Assembly: GCA_030324005.1 (NCBI GenBank)
Contig: JARDVH010000097.1
Coordinates: 67,209,578 to 67,273,577, forward strand
Origin: Negaprion brevirostris
Taxonomy: Eukaryota
Reading direction: 5' to 3'
Length of the DNA: 64,000 bases
Below, one piece after another: positions 37,201 through 49,200 of the stretch. Below the pieces are notes generated by a model. The model searched no databases. It worked only from the letters and a program-made list of their open reading frames with translations, and had not been told where the DNA came from. The first letter of the stretch is position 1. Every line of letters begins with the position of its first letter. The position numbers were made by a program, and so were the translations under genes.

Positions 37201-40200
37201 ATATCCCAAAACACTTTGCACCCAGTGAATTACTTTTTGAAGATTGGTCATTGTTGTTAGAGACAAATGTGACACAACTTGCAAAAAGCAGGGTCCACAA
37301 ACAACAAATTGCATACCCAATTAATCTATCCTGTTTTAGTCTGGTAAGGGATAAATTTTGGTCAGGATCCAGTGATAACTCTCCTGCTATTCTTCAAATA
37401 GTGCCATAGGATCTCTTACATCTACCCATTGAATTCTTGTGATGTAGAGATATTGGCTCTCAGGTACCTCAGAACATATTCATTGATACCCATCGGAATT
37501 CCAATGCAAGCATATTTCTGATACTTATGTGGGAAGTTTAAGCTTCTAATTCCCAGCTTTTCCCTGCATGGATTGCTCTGTGATTGGCCAGAACTACGCA
37601 AACTTGGGCTCGTTAACCTATACGCACCCAGATTTTTACAGATTTAATTTGATTGTATACCTTCAGCAGTGAGGTCTATGAGTGCCATTTGTGGGTGAGG
37701 CTTTGGTGGTCAGAAAAGGAATGGCGAAGAAGTGTTAGGAATCTCCTCTCTGCATAGGACAATAAGTAGGACATGCCATCTCCATTACAGTATCATTAAA
37801 GGCAGGAATCACTACAGTCCCATGATTTCTGACACTCCCATAGTTACCTTTCTTGGACTGTACTTGTCTGACCCATGGTTTGCAATCACTGAGGCTTGCT
37901 GGGAGAAACCTGAACACCTGCTAACTCCTAGCTTGGATGCAATGCCCGATAGAGGCTGGAAGTGGAGGTTTGGCTGTTCTCAGAGAGGAACAGCTCCTCA
38001 GGATGTGGTTCTAGACTGGTGTGCGACGGTGGGGGGGAATGTTCAGGAAGTGTTTACAATGGTGCAATCCAGCAGCAGAAAGGTTGGCTTTTGAGTCAAT
38101 CTGTGACTGGGAAAGCTCTGTAGTTTAGTTGGTATCTGGAAAATAAAGATGGCTTACACATGAAACATTAATTTTTCTCTTTCAAACGAGGATTCATTTG
38201 TTGGGTATTCCTAATATTTTCAGATTTTAGGTACCAACAATTATTTATTTGTAAGTTACAGCCCTATTTTAAATGACAAATGTAGAAACAGCACATCAGT
38301 TAAGCTTACTGGTTTTGTTCCGAATGAGACTCTGTGTTTTGGCTTGAAGATTCAGAAGAAGTGGAGAGCCTGGAAGCAGGATCAAGACAGTCATCTCCCC
38401 GGGAATGACCTGAAAATTTTAAAAGATTGATCCCATTTTTTCTCTGCGGAGAGCTTTTTGATTGTGGAAGCTTCAAGTCACTTAAAGCTGGAAGAGAAAC
38501 AGGCAGGTGGAAATTGCATTGATGGATTACAAAACTGTCTTCATGATTCACTGTGAATGTAAAGTGTTCTTCCCCTCATGGAATTGGGCATAAAAATTCT
38601 ATTAAATTGTAGTTTAAACAGTGACTAAACACAGCTATTAGCAAAAATGCATGATCTTCAGATAACAATTGTATAATAGGTAACATCCATTAAGAATTAT
38701 ACATTACTAATCAGAATTACATAACATACCTATTATATATAAAATGGTATGATGTCAGCATTTTAAAAAGGTACTGCAGCAGAGGATGATTCTGGGAGCT
38801 GAACATCATATTGAACAATGGTAACCAATTGCATTGGGGTACCTCCTAAAGTTGTGACAACTTCAACTGGATCCTCTCATCATAGGACAACCCTCTCATC
38901 CCAGGGACCAATCGACTGAGCCTTTTACTGTACTACCCAATGTAAACCGATCTTTTGTTAAGAGGAAAGGAACCTGGGTATCGTTGCTCTTAAGTCATTG
39001 AAAGCTAATATGCATGTGCAGTGAGTAATTAACATGTTGACTTTTATTGCAAGAGGAATTGGGAGTTTTGATGTCTTGTCTCATTTGTAGAGAAACTTGT
39101 TTGGATGCACTTGGAGTTGTGTGTACAGTTTTCGTCCCCTTACCCAAGGAAGGATATACACGTGATGAGTAAGTGCAGTGGAGGTTTAACAGACTAATTC
39201 TTGGAATGGGAGAGATTGAGGAGAGTTTAGAAGAAAGAGACCTTTCCACTCCCCCAAATCTTTAACGAAAAGATTACTAATTAGGCCTGTCATATTGCGC
39301 AATCATCAATTTAAGAATGAGAGGTGATCTCAATTAAACACACAAAATTCTCAAAGGATTTGAAAGGGTAGATGCCAAAAGAATGTTTGACTGAACTCAA
39401 TCTAGAACTAGGACTGAGACACAGGAATTTCTTCACTCAGAAGATGGGGATTTTTTGGAATTAGGACTAGGGGGGTGTGTGGGCTCAGTCATTACATATG
39501 TTCAAAACAGAAATTGAGAGAATTCTAGATACTAAAAATATTGAAGGATAAGGGGATGGTGTGGGGAAAATAGCATTGAGGTGGAAGATCAGCCGTAATC
39601 TAGTTGAACAGCAGAGCAGGCTTGAGGGGCCGAATGGCTTTCTCCTGCTCCTATGTTTGTGTACTGTGAAGAAGATGCATAATATTGCCAAATTGCCCAG
39701 CATAATTTATTCTGTTGATGCCTTTAAGGGACTAGGGTTTACTTTAGCTACTCTCCTTCATTTTATATTTAGTAAAAACTCTTGCAATCTGTTTTTATAT
39801 TATTGGCTTATTTCTTCTCATTCTATTTTTTACCCTTTTTAGGGGCTTTTTCTGTCCCCCTTTGGTGGTTTCTACAACACTCCCAATCCTCAGGCTTTGA
39901 GTTATTATAAGCCTCTTATATAATACTACCTGTAATTTCCGCACTAAAATTACAAATGTGTTCTTGTCGACTTTGTGTCTTAATGGAATGCAATTTTGTT
40001 GAACATATTGAATTGTTTCTTTATTTACTACCACACCTTTCACCCTATTTACCCAATGTTAACCATCTCTCCCCTCATCCCTATCCAATTGGTTTTGTTT
40101 GGGTTTAAGATGCTTCCAGGACACTTTTAAACTTAATATGCAACTCAGTTGTATTACACAGTTACTCACACTGCCCTTGCACCCCCCCCAAAATTCTTTA

Positions 40201-43200
40201 ATGAAAAGGTTACTAAATAGACCTGTCTCATTGCACGGTAAGAAATCTAAATTACCTTTATTCCTACAATAATCCAGTCGTAAAATATGGCAGATGCTGA
40301 AAATCTGAAATATGAAAAACTTCTGGAGATATTTGTGCAGGTAGCATAGAATAGAATAGAATCCCTACAGTGCAGAAGTTGGCCATTTGGCCCATCATGT
40401 CTGCACCAACAACAATCTCACCCAGGTCCTATCCCTATCACCCCACTGCTAATCCTACACATTCCAGGACACTAAGGGGCAATTTAGCATGGCCAATCCA
40501 CCTAACTTGCACATCTTTGGACTGTGTGAAGAAACCAGGGTCCCTGGCGGAAACCCCCACAGACATGGGGAGAACGTGCAAACTCCACACAGACAGTGAC
40601 CTAAGCCGGAACTGAGAGGCACAATGCTAACCACTGTGCCACCCCATCTATAAAACAGAGATAATGTTTCAGATATGTGACATTTTATCAGAACTGAATT
40701 AAGTTAGAAATGCAACAAGTTTTGAGCAAATAAAAGCAGGGTTAGGTAGGGGTGACTTTTATTTCTAGTTGGTTCCACAACATGTTGTTCATAATGTATA
40801 CAGCCCTTAATCCTAGACTTCCCAATCAGCAGAAATATTTTCTCCCCATGGATCCTATTTAGTCCCCCTTAATATCTTGAAAACTTTAATCTGTGCTTAT
40901 TTAAATTCCAGGAAATACAATCCTAGCCTGTGTAATCTCTCCTTGGGGTTGTTGGCACTGTTTTTGTGTTCTAATTTGTTTAATTGCTATAAAACAGAGT
41001 AAATAGGCACAACCACATTATTATGCCTTTTATGGAGGTATTAACTACATGATCCATTATGAATAGTCAGGTTTTTAGTGAGCTCATATTACAAGATCCA
41101 ACACTTGGGGTATATCATATTCTACAAGCCAGCATGAATACAACATACCAATGGTTCGTTCACAACTCTTATACTTAGTCTGCCATTGATTTCTGCATTC
41201 CACTCATATTACCATTAAATTATAGTACAAAGATAGATAAAAGTATCAAAATAACAATTTGGAGACAAGATGCAATTAGGCTCTCGCAATCTATTCTAAT
41301 CATTCAATAGTCTACTGAAGCTCTTCCGATAGCTTTATTGCTATGAACATAGTGACCATATCAACATCTCCCAGATCGTTAGGCACACATCAGCCTTCTG
41401 ATCTGCAGAGATACCATTGTATAAGTGGGCCAATGTTCAACCGAGTGCAGTTTTAATTCCTTCCATCACACCCTGCTCCCAGCCACTGAACAGGAACCTA
41501 GCTACTAACATCGGAAATTTGGCTAAACCTACCAGCAAATGTAAGATTAACTTTTCCCATCCCCTAACCAAATAAGGACAAACCTTGCCTTCCATCAATA
41601 CTCCTGAGGACATTAATCACTACACCATCAAGAGAGAGAAAAAAAATTCAGCCTTCGTCTCCACAAACTAAGCAACAAGCCCCCTGGGATTAATCAGGAG
41701 GTCACTGGAGTAGCCAGGTGTTCGGGTTGGTTGGTCACTGTGGTGATGGGGGAGGAGGGCAAAAAAAAAAATCACTTGCAGATTTACCCAGCTGTTTACT
41801 ATGCTTTAAAACTGTCTAACATTCCCAGTATAAGTCCTGTCCATTTAGCCCAAGCCTCCAAGCTCAGAGTCCGAGACATTCTTAGGCAGCCTCAGGAAAT
41901 CAGCCCTTTGGGAGTTTAAACTTCCCAGGAATTCCCACATACATCCATCTGTCATGACTTCTGCATGGACCTGAGGCGCATCTCTCAATGTACGTCTGGT
42001 CACCAGTTCAGTTTGGGCCTCTATTTTGTATTTCACTGTCTCATCAACTATATAGCATAAAATCCTTCAGTTCCCCCAAAATTCCCCCAATTGCACTGTA
42101 CCCTGCAATTATTTTACAGCAAAAATTCTCCCCATTGACAATGAAGCAAAATAAATCCTTAAGATTGTGATCTTGACAGTTCTTTACCCATAAAGCCACC
42201 AATTCTATCATCCACTACACATCCCGACAATCCTTGAAGCGATCAATATTCTCAACTCCAAAGTATGCAATCCACTTGTCTACATAGGCTGTTCAGCTGT
42301 GGCCTGCATCTCAAACCAAATGTAAACATTGAATATGCATGTATAACAGAATGCAACAATACCCCTAATCCCAAACTTTGCTCTTAACTCTATTCCATAT
42401 AGAAAATAAAATTAACCATTTTCTTCCATCTGCTTTGAAGATTTCCATGTGTGATTAAAGGTTCTGTTTAGAATAAAGCTCCTATCTTAAAGTAGGAAAG
42501 TTTCCCTGTTAGAAAACAACTTTCCAAATAAGCTTTGTACATTAATCAAATGAAATAGTGTCCAGTCAAGTCTGTCCTTAAAGTATTTAAGTAACACCTA
42601 GACATTTAGTTGTCTAGGATTTTGGTTTGGTTTAGGGAGGTCAGACACTATTGGATGGAGTTGGTCAGGCTGACAGAGGCTGACCCATTGGTTATAGAAT
42701 CAATGGGGAACCCATGGGTTCTCTTTCACTCCCGTCAGTCCCATGGGCGAGGTCCAAAGGTGTTAGGTTTTCCTGTTGAGGACCTTACAGCTGTTTGTTC
42801 AGAGGCTGGCAGCTCCTTATCACTGTGAGCAATGCCAAGGGAATAGTAGTAACTTTTTATTTATTTGTATATGGAATGTGCACATTGCTGGCTTGGCCAG
42901 CATTTATTGCCCATCCCCAACCGCTCTTGAGAAAGTGGGGGCGAGCTGCCTTCTTGAAACACTGTTGAAGGTACACCCAGCACTGTTGTTAGGTATAGAA
43001 AGCCTTCTGAACCTTAGACTACACTGAGAAAANNNNNNNNNNNNNNNNNNNNNNNNNNNNNNNNNNNNNNNNNNNNNNNNNNNNNNNNNNNNNNNNNNNN
43101 NNNNNNNNNNNNNNNNNNNNNNNNNNNNNNNNACACCCAGGAGGTCTGAATCTTTGTGTATGACTGCATTTGATTAGGTTAATGTTTTATTAGCTATACA

Positions 43201-46200
43201 AAACAAAAAGTGACCTTGATGAAATCTATACTTAAAAAGAGGTACTGTCCTAAAAAAGCCAACTGGTTTGATATGAAATAAACTAATGAATTCAAGTGAT
43301 TGCAATAAAAGATTTAAATAATAATTCATACCACAAAGAAATTTCAAGCAAAGTGATTCAGCTAAGAACTCGGACATTTTCTAACACATTTGAATCAGAA
43401 GATCAAATTACTACCACTTAAAGCCAGTTCTGGGAAGTGAGGTGGCTGCAACAGATAGTGGAAATGGCTGAGAAAGGGTCACTGGTAAGAAGAACATTGA
43501 ATAAATGTTCAGCAAGTGGGCTCCTGATGCAGGATGCAGACAGGAGCAATGATCCACACACAACCAGAGGGCCTTTCCAGACAGACATTGCAAAGTCAGT
43601 GGAATCATTCCACAATCCATGCTAGTCCGAGAACTAGAATGTAGTGCCACATGAATTTTACCCTCGCATAACAGTAAAAGGAATTCATCTTCAAATGCCA
43701 TTACCTTTGAAATAAACTTCACTAGTCTCAGATATTGCTCAAGTCACTGCCTCCTCTCCTTCACTCACCTACCATATCTCACTTCTGTACCTTTATCTCA
43801 TGCCAGCACACTTAACACTGCTGCAAGTCTTAGGAATGTTCTGAGGTTAAGTTGAGATATCAGAGGGGGCACACCAACAAGTCTCCAAACAATCCATCTA
43901 ACTAACCTTTTAAGCACTGCTGGCCCTCACATGTGGCACAGCCAGCAGATTACACACTAAACTTATCAGCCAACTCAGTACCCATCAAACTAAAGTGGAA
44001 GCAAGTCATCTGAAGTCAAGTCATCCTGAATTCCAAGGGACTGCCTAAGGAGAGGGGGTATGCTAAAATTGAGGGACAATGGAGAAGCAGGAACAAGCAG
44101 ATGGGTCAGCAACATCTTGTGATTTGTTAATATCAGATCTGTCAGCATTGTGGAGGCATGAAAGTGACCCCCCCCCAATCACCGTAACCTGCACATTTAG
44201 CACGGCCAAGCCACCTAACCTGCACATCGTTGGACTGTGGGAGGAAACCAGAACATCCCAGAGGAAACCCATGTAGACACTGGGAGAACGTACAAACTCC
44301 ACATAAAGAGTTACCCAAGGCTACAAATCGAACCTGGGTGCCCTGGTATAGCAGCGCTAACCACTATGCTACAAAAAAAAAGCCAAGGTAGACTTTCTTG
44401 ATAAATGTGATAGTTGTGACAAGTTCCTTCATTATGAAATAGGAATTATTACAATTCATTTAAGTATTATGTTAGAGAAAAATGACAATGTGTTTCTGAA
44501 CAAAAAGATGGAAAAGCTTGGTTTTAAATTACTATCGAATATTGAAATTGCTAAATTTCTATTTCTAACCCTTTTAGTTTAACTTTTTNNNNNNNNNNNN
44601 NNNNNNNNNNNNNNNNNNNNNNNNNNNNNNNNNNNNNNNNNNNNNNNNNNNNNNNNNNNNNNNNNNNNNNNNNNNNNNNNNNNNNNNNGCAGAGAATTCC
44701 AGAGATTCACCACCCTTTGAGTGAAGAAGTTCCTCCTCAACTCCGTTCTAAACTGCCCCTCCCTTTATCTTGAGGCTGTGCCCTCTAGTCCTAAACTAAC
44801 TCTAGTCACAAACTATTCTCTGTCTCTACCAAGTTTAGATCATAAAAGATGATTTACTAACCTGTTTTTCTTTCTCAAACTCCAGGTATGGGGCATTTTA
44901 AGTATCTTGGTTAAGTCCGTCTGATCCTTAAATTTTGCATTCCTTATTTCTTCAAACCATTGACCCGTTACACCTTTCAACCATAATTTGTCGTGATTTG
45001 TGTTATAGAGATCCCTAAAAATGAAACCAACCATTATTAATATTACAAAGAAAAAAAATTGCACCAGGCATTTAAGCGATCTTTCCAGAAATGTGAAAAA
45101 TTTCTATCAACCATGTCACCATCATTGTGTTTCAACAATTCTTTGTTTCTGTGGATGTAGGGCATCAGGGAATAACTCCGTTTCACTATTACTAACATCC
45201 AGATAGCATCAGAAAACTGATACGTTGACATTCAAATGACTTTCAGAGCTTTTGTTCCATGCAGTAGTAGACTATATTGAGATAATACTTTGGCGATAGT
45301 TATCACAATGCCATCCAATGTGTGCAGGATATTGTTCATATCAGAATTATGGACAGTTCCTCCAGTATCAGAGGGACACACAAATACTCGAAGGCTAATA
45401 TAAGTGCACTCAAACTATGACAGGAAATTGCATTTGACTGCTCCAGCACAGTCATAACTTACTATACATTTATAGTAATATAAAACAGAACATTCATAAT
45501 ATAAAAGAAAACAATGCCAATGTTTGTTGTCATCTCATTTGTTAAGACTCCCGATGACCTATAAACAAATTTTTCCTTGACTTCATAGTGCAGTCAGAAA
45601 TATTTTACTGTCCCGCCCACCATGTGAATCGTAGCGGGCGAGAGGAGGACCATAGAAAGGTCTGTTGACCTCAGGCATAATTTTCCAGTTTCGGAGCGTG
45701 TGGATGGCAAATCTTGCCCTCTCAATATGATGAGATGTGCTCTCCCAACAGGACACAAAGATGCTGCTGGAAACAAACAAATTCATGGATGACAATCTAG
45801 TTTAACTGAACTCTGTCTAACTCTTACCACCTGCAACTGTATGAAAATTAGTACAATAACTAGATACAAGTCCACCCTACAGTGTGCAATTTGTCAATTA
45901 TTTGTATTCCTCCTTATCTGTATCGCCTTCATTAATCTGATTGATTGTCACACAAGCTCTCTCTGATTAGCTCAGTGGCACATTTACAGCACTGAAAGAT
46001 TAATAGGGAGAATATCCATANNNNNNNNNNNNNNNNNNNNNNNCTAACTTTGAGTTTTGTGTTATGGCCAGCTGGATTGATGTCCTTTTCTCCTTTGTTA
46101 CCATTTTTTAAAAAAAATGCAAACATTGCTTTTTACATAATGTGATTTACAGGGTGTAAATTTGCAAAATGACAATTCTGCTGCATAAAAGTGCTCACTT

Positions 46201-49200
46201 GTTAATTTGCCAGTCAACTTTTTATGCTGAACTTGTATTCTTCATTTCTTAAATCAAGGAAATCACTCATGGAATTCAGTACTCCAGATATTGTAAGGTT
46301 ATACAAATAAAAGTCTACTGGACAGAATATAAAAGGAAATTTGAACTAAATAAGCAAGACAAAACACTAAAGTGAGCATGTCCCCACCCAGTTTCATTAG
46401 ACGAAGGGAAGTGAAAAAGAAAGCAATTCTTCACATGTTCTCCTGAATTTAAATGGATTTTGCTACCAAATTTCACCATAACAAAAGTATACTTTTTCCA
46501 GAAATGACACAAAAGCAATTTAAAAGTTAATGAAGAACAAAATGAGAAAGATTCAAATTTCTCCCTGCCGAGGTAATCGAACAGCAAGAATGACGTTCTT
46601 ATAACATGGCGTTTATAACATGGTGCAATGTCCCAAAGTGCTTCATGGGAGCTTTATCAAAAAATTTGACTCTGAGCCAGTCGGGGTGGGGGGTGTGAAT
46701 ATTAGGACAAATTGCCAAGAGATTGGTCACAGGAGGCAGATTTTAAAACGAAAATTGTAACAGTAGAGACAGTTTGAGGGGTTTAGGGAGACAGAATTCT
46801 AGGTGTTATAGGCTTGGGAACTGATAATTGAAGAATTTAATTGGTGAAATTACATCTGGTGAAGTTCAAAGACAATAACATAACATTATACAGTGTTGAC
46901 AGGTTGTGTTCTGAAAATTATACCTCTTTTATCCCAGTAGCACATGAACTGTAATTTTCCACAGAACATTTGAGTTACCATGCCAAGTTTCATGACTTCA
47001 GAAGGGCTATGTTCCCACAGTCCACACTGCCCATATAAAGATAAATTCAAGACAGATAAACGCTTTTTTGAATCATTCCAGTCAGTTTCTGCTCCTACTA
47101 TAGTTCTGAAATGGTCCTAGTCAAAGTCACAAGTGACATCCTTTGCGCCTGTGACCACGGTAAGCTAACTGTCTATGTTTGGGATTTTTTGGCTCACTTG
47201 CCCCAAATCCAGCCCAAGGTCGACCTTTGCATGATCCATAGTATCCCGCCCACTACAACAAGCTGGACGGAAAAATTCCGCCTAATGCGTTTGGTGCTTT
47301 CCTGAATGAACCTTCTCCATTTTCGTCAGTCACAAATCAGGAGCTCCCATTAGTCAGCATGGATATTTGACTGTTTGACCCTTCAAGGATACTCGTAAAG
47401 CATTTTCATTGTCCTCCTGGGAGTCATCTGCTGCAACTAAGTTCAAAATAGAGCAATTATTGCAGGGGTCTGGTATCAGGCATACAACCAACAACTCCTC
47501 TCAACTCCGTAAACTATTCCACCTGTCCTCCTTTGAGATGTTCTTTGACTGACTATTGGTTACCTGCCTTAATATCTCTTCCTGATAAATGCACTATATT
47601 AATGCAAGTTGTTTTTAAAAATAGCTTTGTCCCATTAGCTATGGCAGATCAATTCACGTGGGGCAAAATCTTAGACTCAGGAAACTTCAGACGTGCCACA
47701 TTTGCTGCATTTACTGTTCAAGGACCTCAGTCAGCCACCTCAGTGAGCTATCACATTGGAGGCAATGATGAATTTCATTGTCTATCTTCATTGAGAAAAA
47801 GCTTCCACAATTTGGAAAACATCTATACGTGATGATGGAGAAGGTTCATTCGAGAACACATTGGGAACATGCAGAAATCAAGGATCACATAAACCTCCAA
47901 CCAACTTGTTGACCAATTCCTTCAGGCACTATCTGCCCCATATGTGACATAGTCTGCAGAACAACCATTGGATGTTTACAAGACTCCATCTTGTATGTGT
48001 CAACAGACTTAACCGAGACAGTGGCTGAGCTGTGTCAACTGTTGTGGATAGATGTCCGGGAAGGTTCTTTACCTCCTTGTGAAGGTTATATGGCATTGTC
48101 TTATGCAATAGCATCCATCTGGGCCACCTGAATGTATACCATACAAATAAACTAATCTGTCCATATAAAACAAAAGATTAAGCCATGCTTACCCTGGGAA
48201 ATACCTTTATCATATTACATCATGGAATCAGCCATTTTGTTTCTTTAGCAGTTGATTATCTACCTTGTAAAAGGATGATGCCAGTTGTTCAATTTACAAG
48301 GAAATACCTTTAAAAGTGTAATTTCAATGGACAAACAGAAATACTTTACAAAGTAGAATTAGTTTCCGTTGCTCTTGAAGAGAAACTTCAAGGAGCATCA
48401 TTTTAAATTGAAATAGTATGTTGAACTATTCTATTCCCCTAGCAAGGGCATGGGGTAGCAGCTGGTTTGCTTTTCTCAATGCCAGGTCCCTCGATGAGGC
48501 AAAGTACCTTTGAATGAGAGAAGCCCCCTGGGAATGCGCAAGCAAACATACCAGGGTTCGCTTGTTGTGCTTTCTGCATGCTGAGCCCCTTGCCCACTAT
48601 TGGGTTAACAGGAGTGGCAGGATGAGGTCATGTGGGCAGTAATTGCCCATTTCAGCACCTCAATTGGCAGCTGGGCAGGAAAGCTATCAATAGGCCTTAG
48701 TACTCTGGACTTAAACTGGGGTCAAGGCAAGAAGGTGGTGTTGCCCCACCCATCATCCTCTCACCCCTGTGACTTATCTCACCACAGGAGAGGGCACAAG
48801 ATTCTGTCCATTGTTTGAAGATTATGTTGTTAAAAACTAGTAGAGTGTATTTTGTACTTGTCAATATCAAACTTACAAGCACAGGACTCTGCACACCCTC
48901 AAGATAAACACTAAGTCAAGATCAACAATTTAAAAAAAAACTCAAGGCGGCTCACACTTGAAACATTCACTGAATCCTTAAACTACACACACGATAGCAC
49001 TTCCGCCAGCAGCTTGGCATCAGCATCAATACCATGAGATCAGTGAGACAGCACTGCAGTCTCCTCAGAATGAAATGGTGTAAATCTGGGAGGTAGGAGC
49101 ATTAAAGTGTAAATAATGCCTTCAACTGTGCAAGCTGTCATTTTCTGACCCCCTACACGAGCAATGCAGCTACCCAATAATTGGCCTGTGTGAATGTTCC

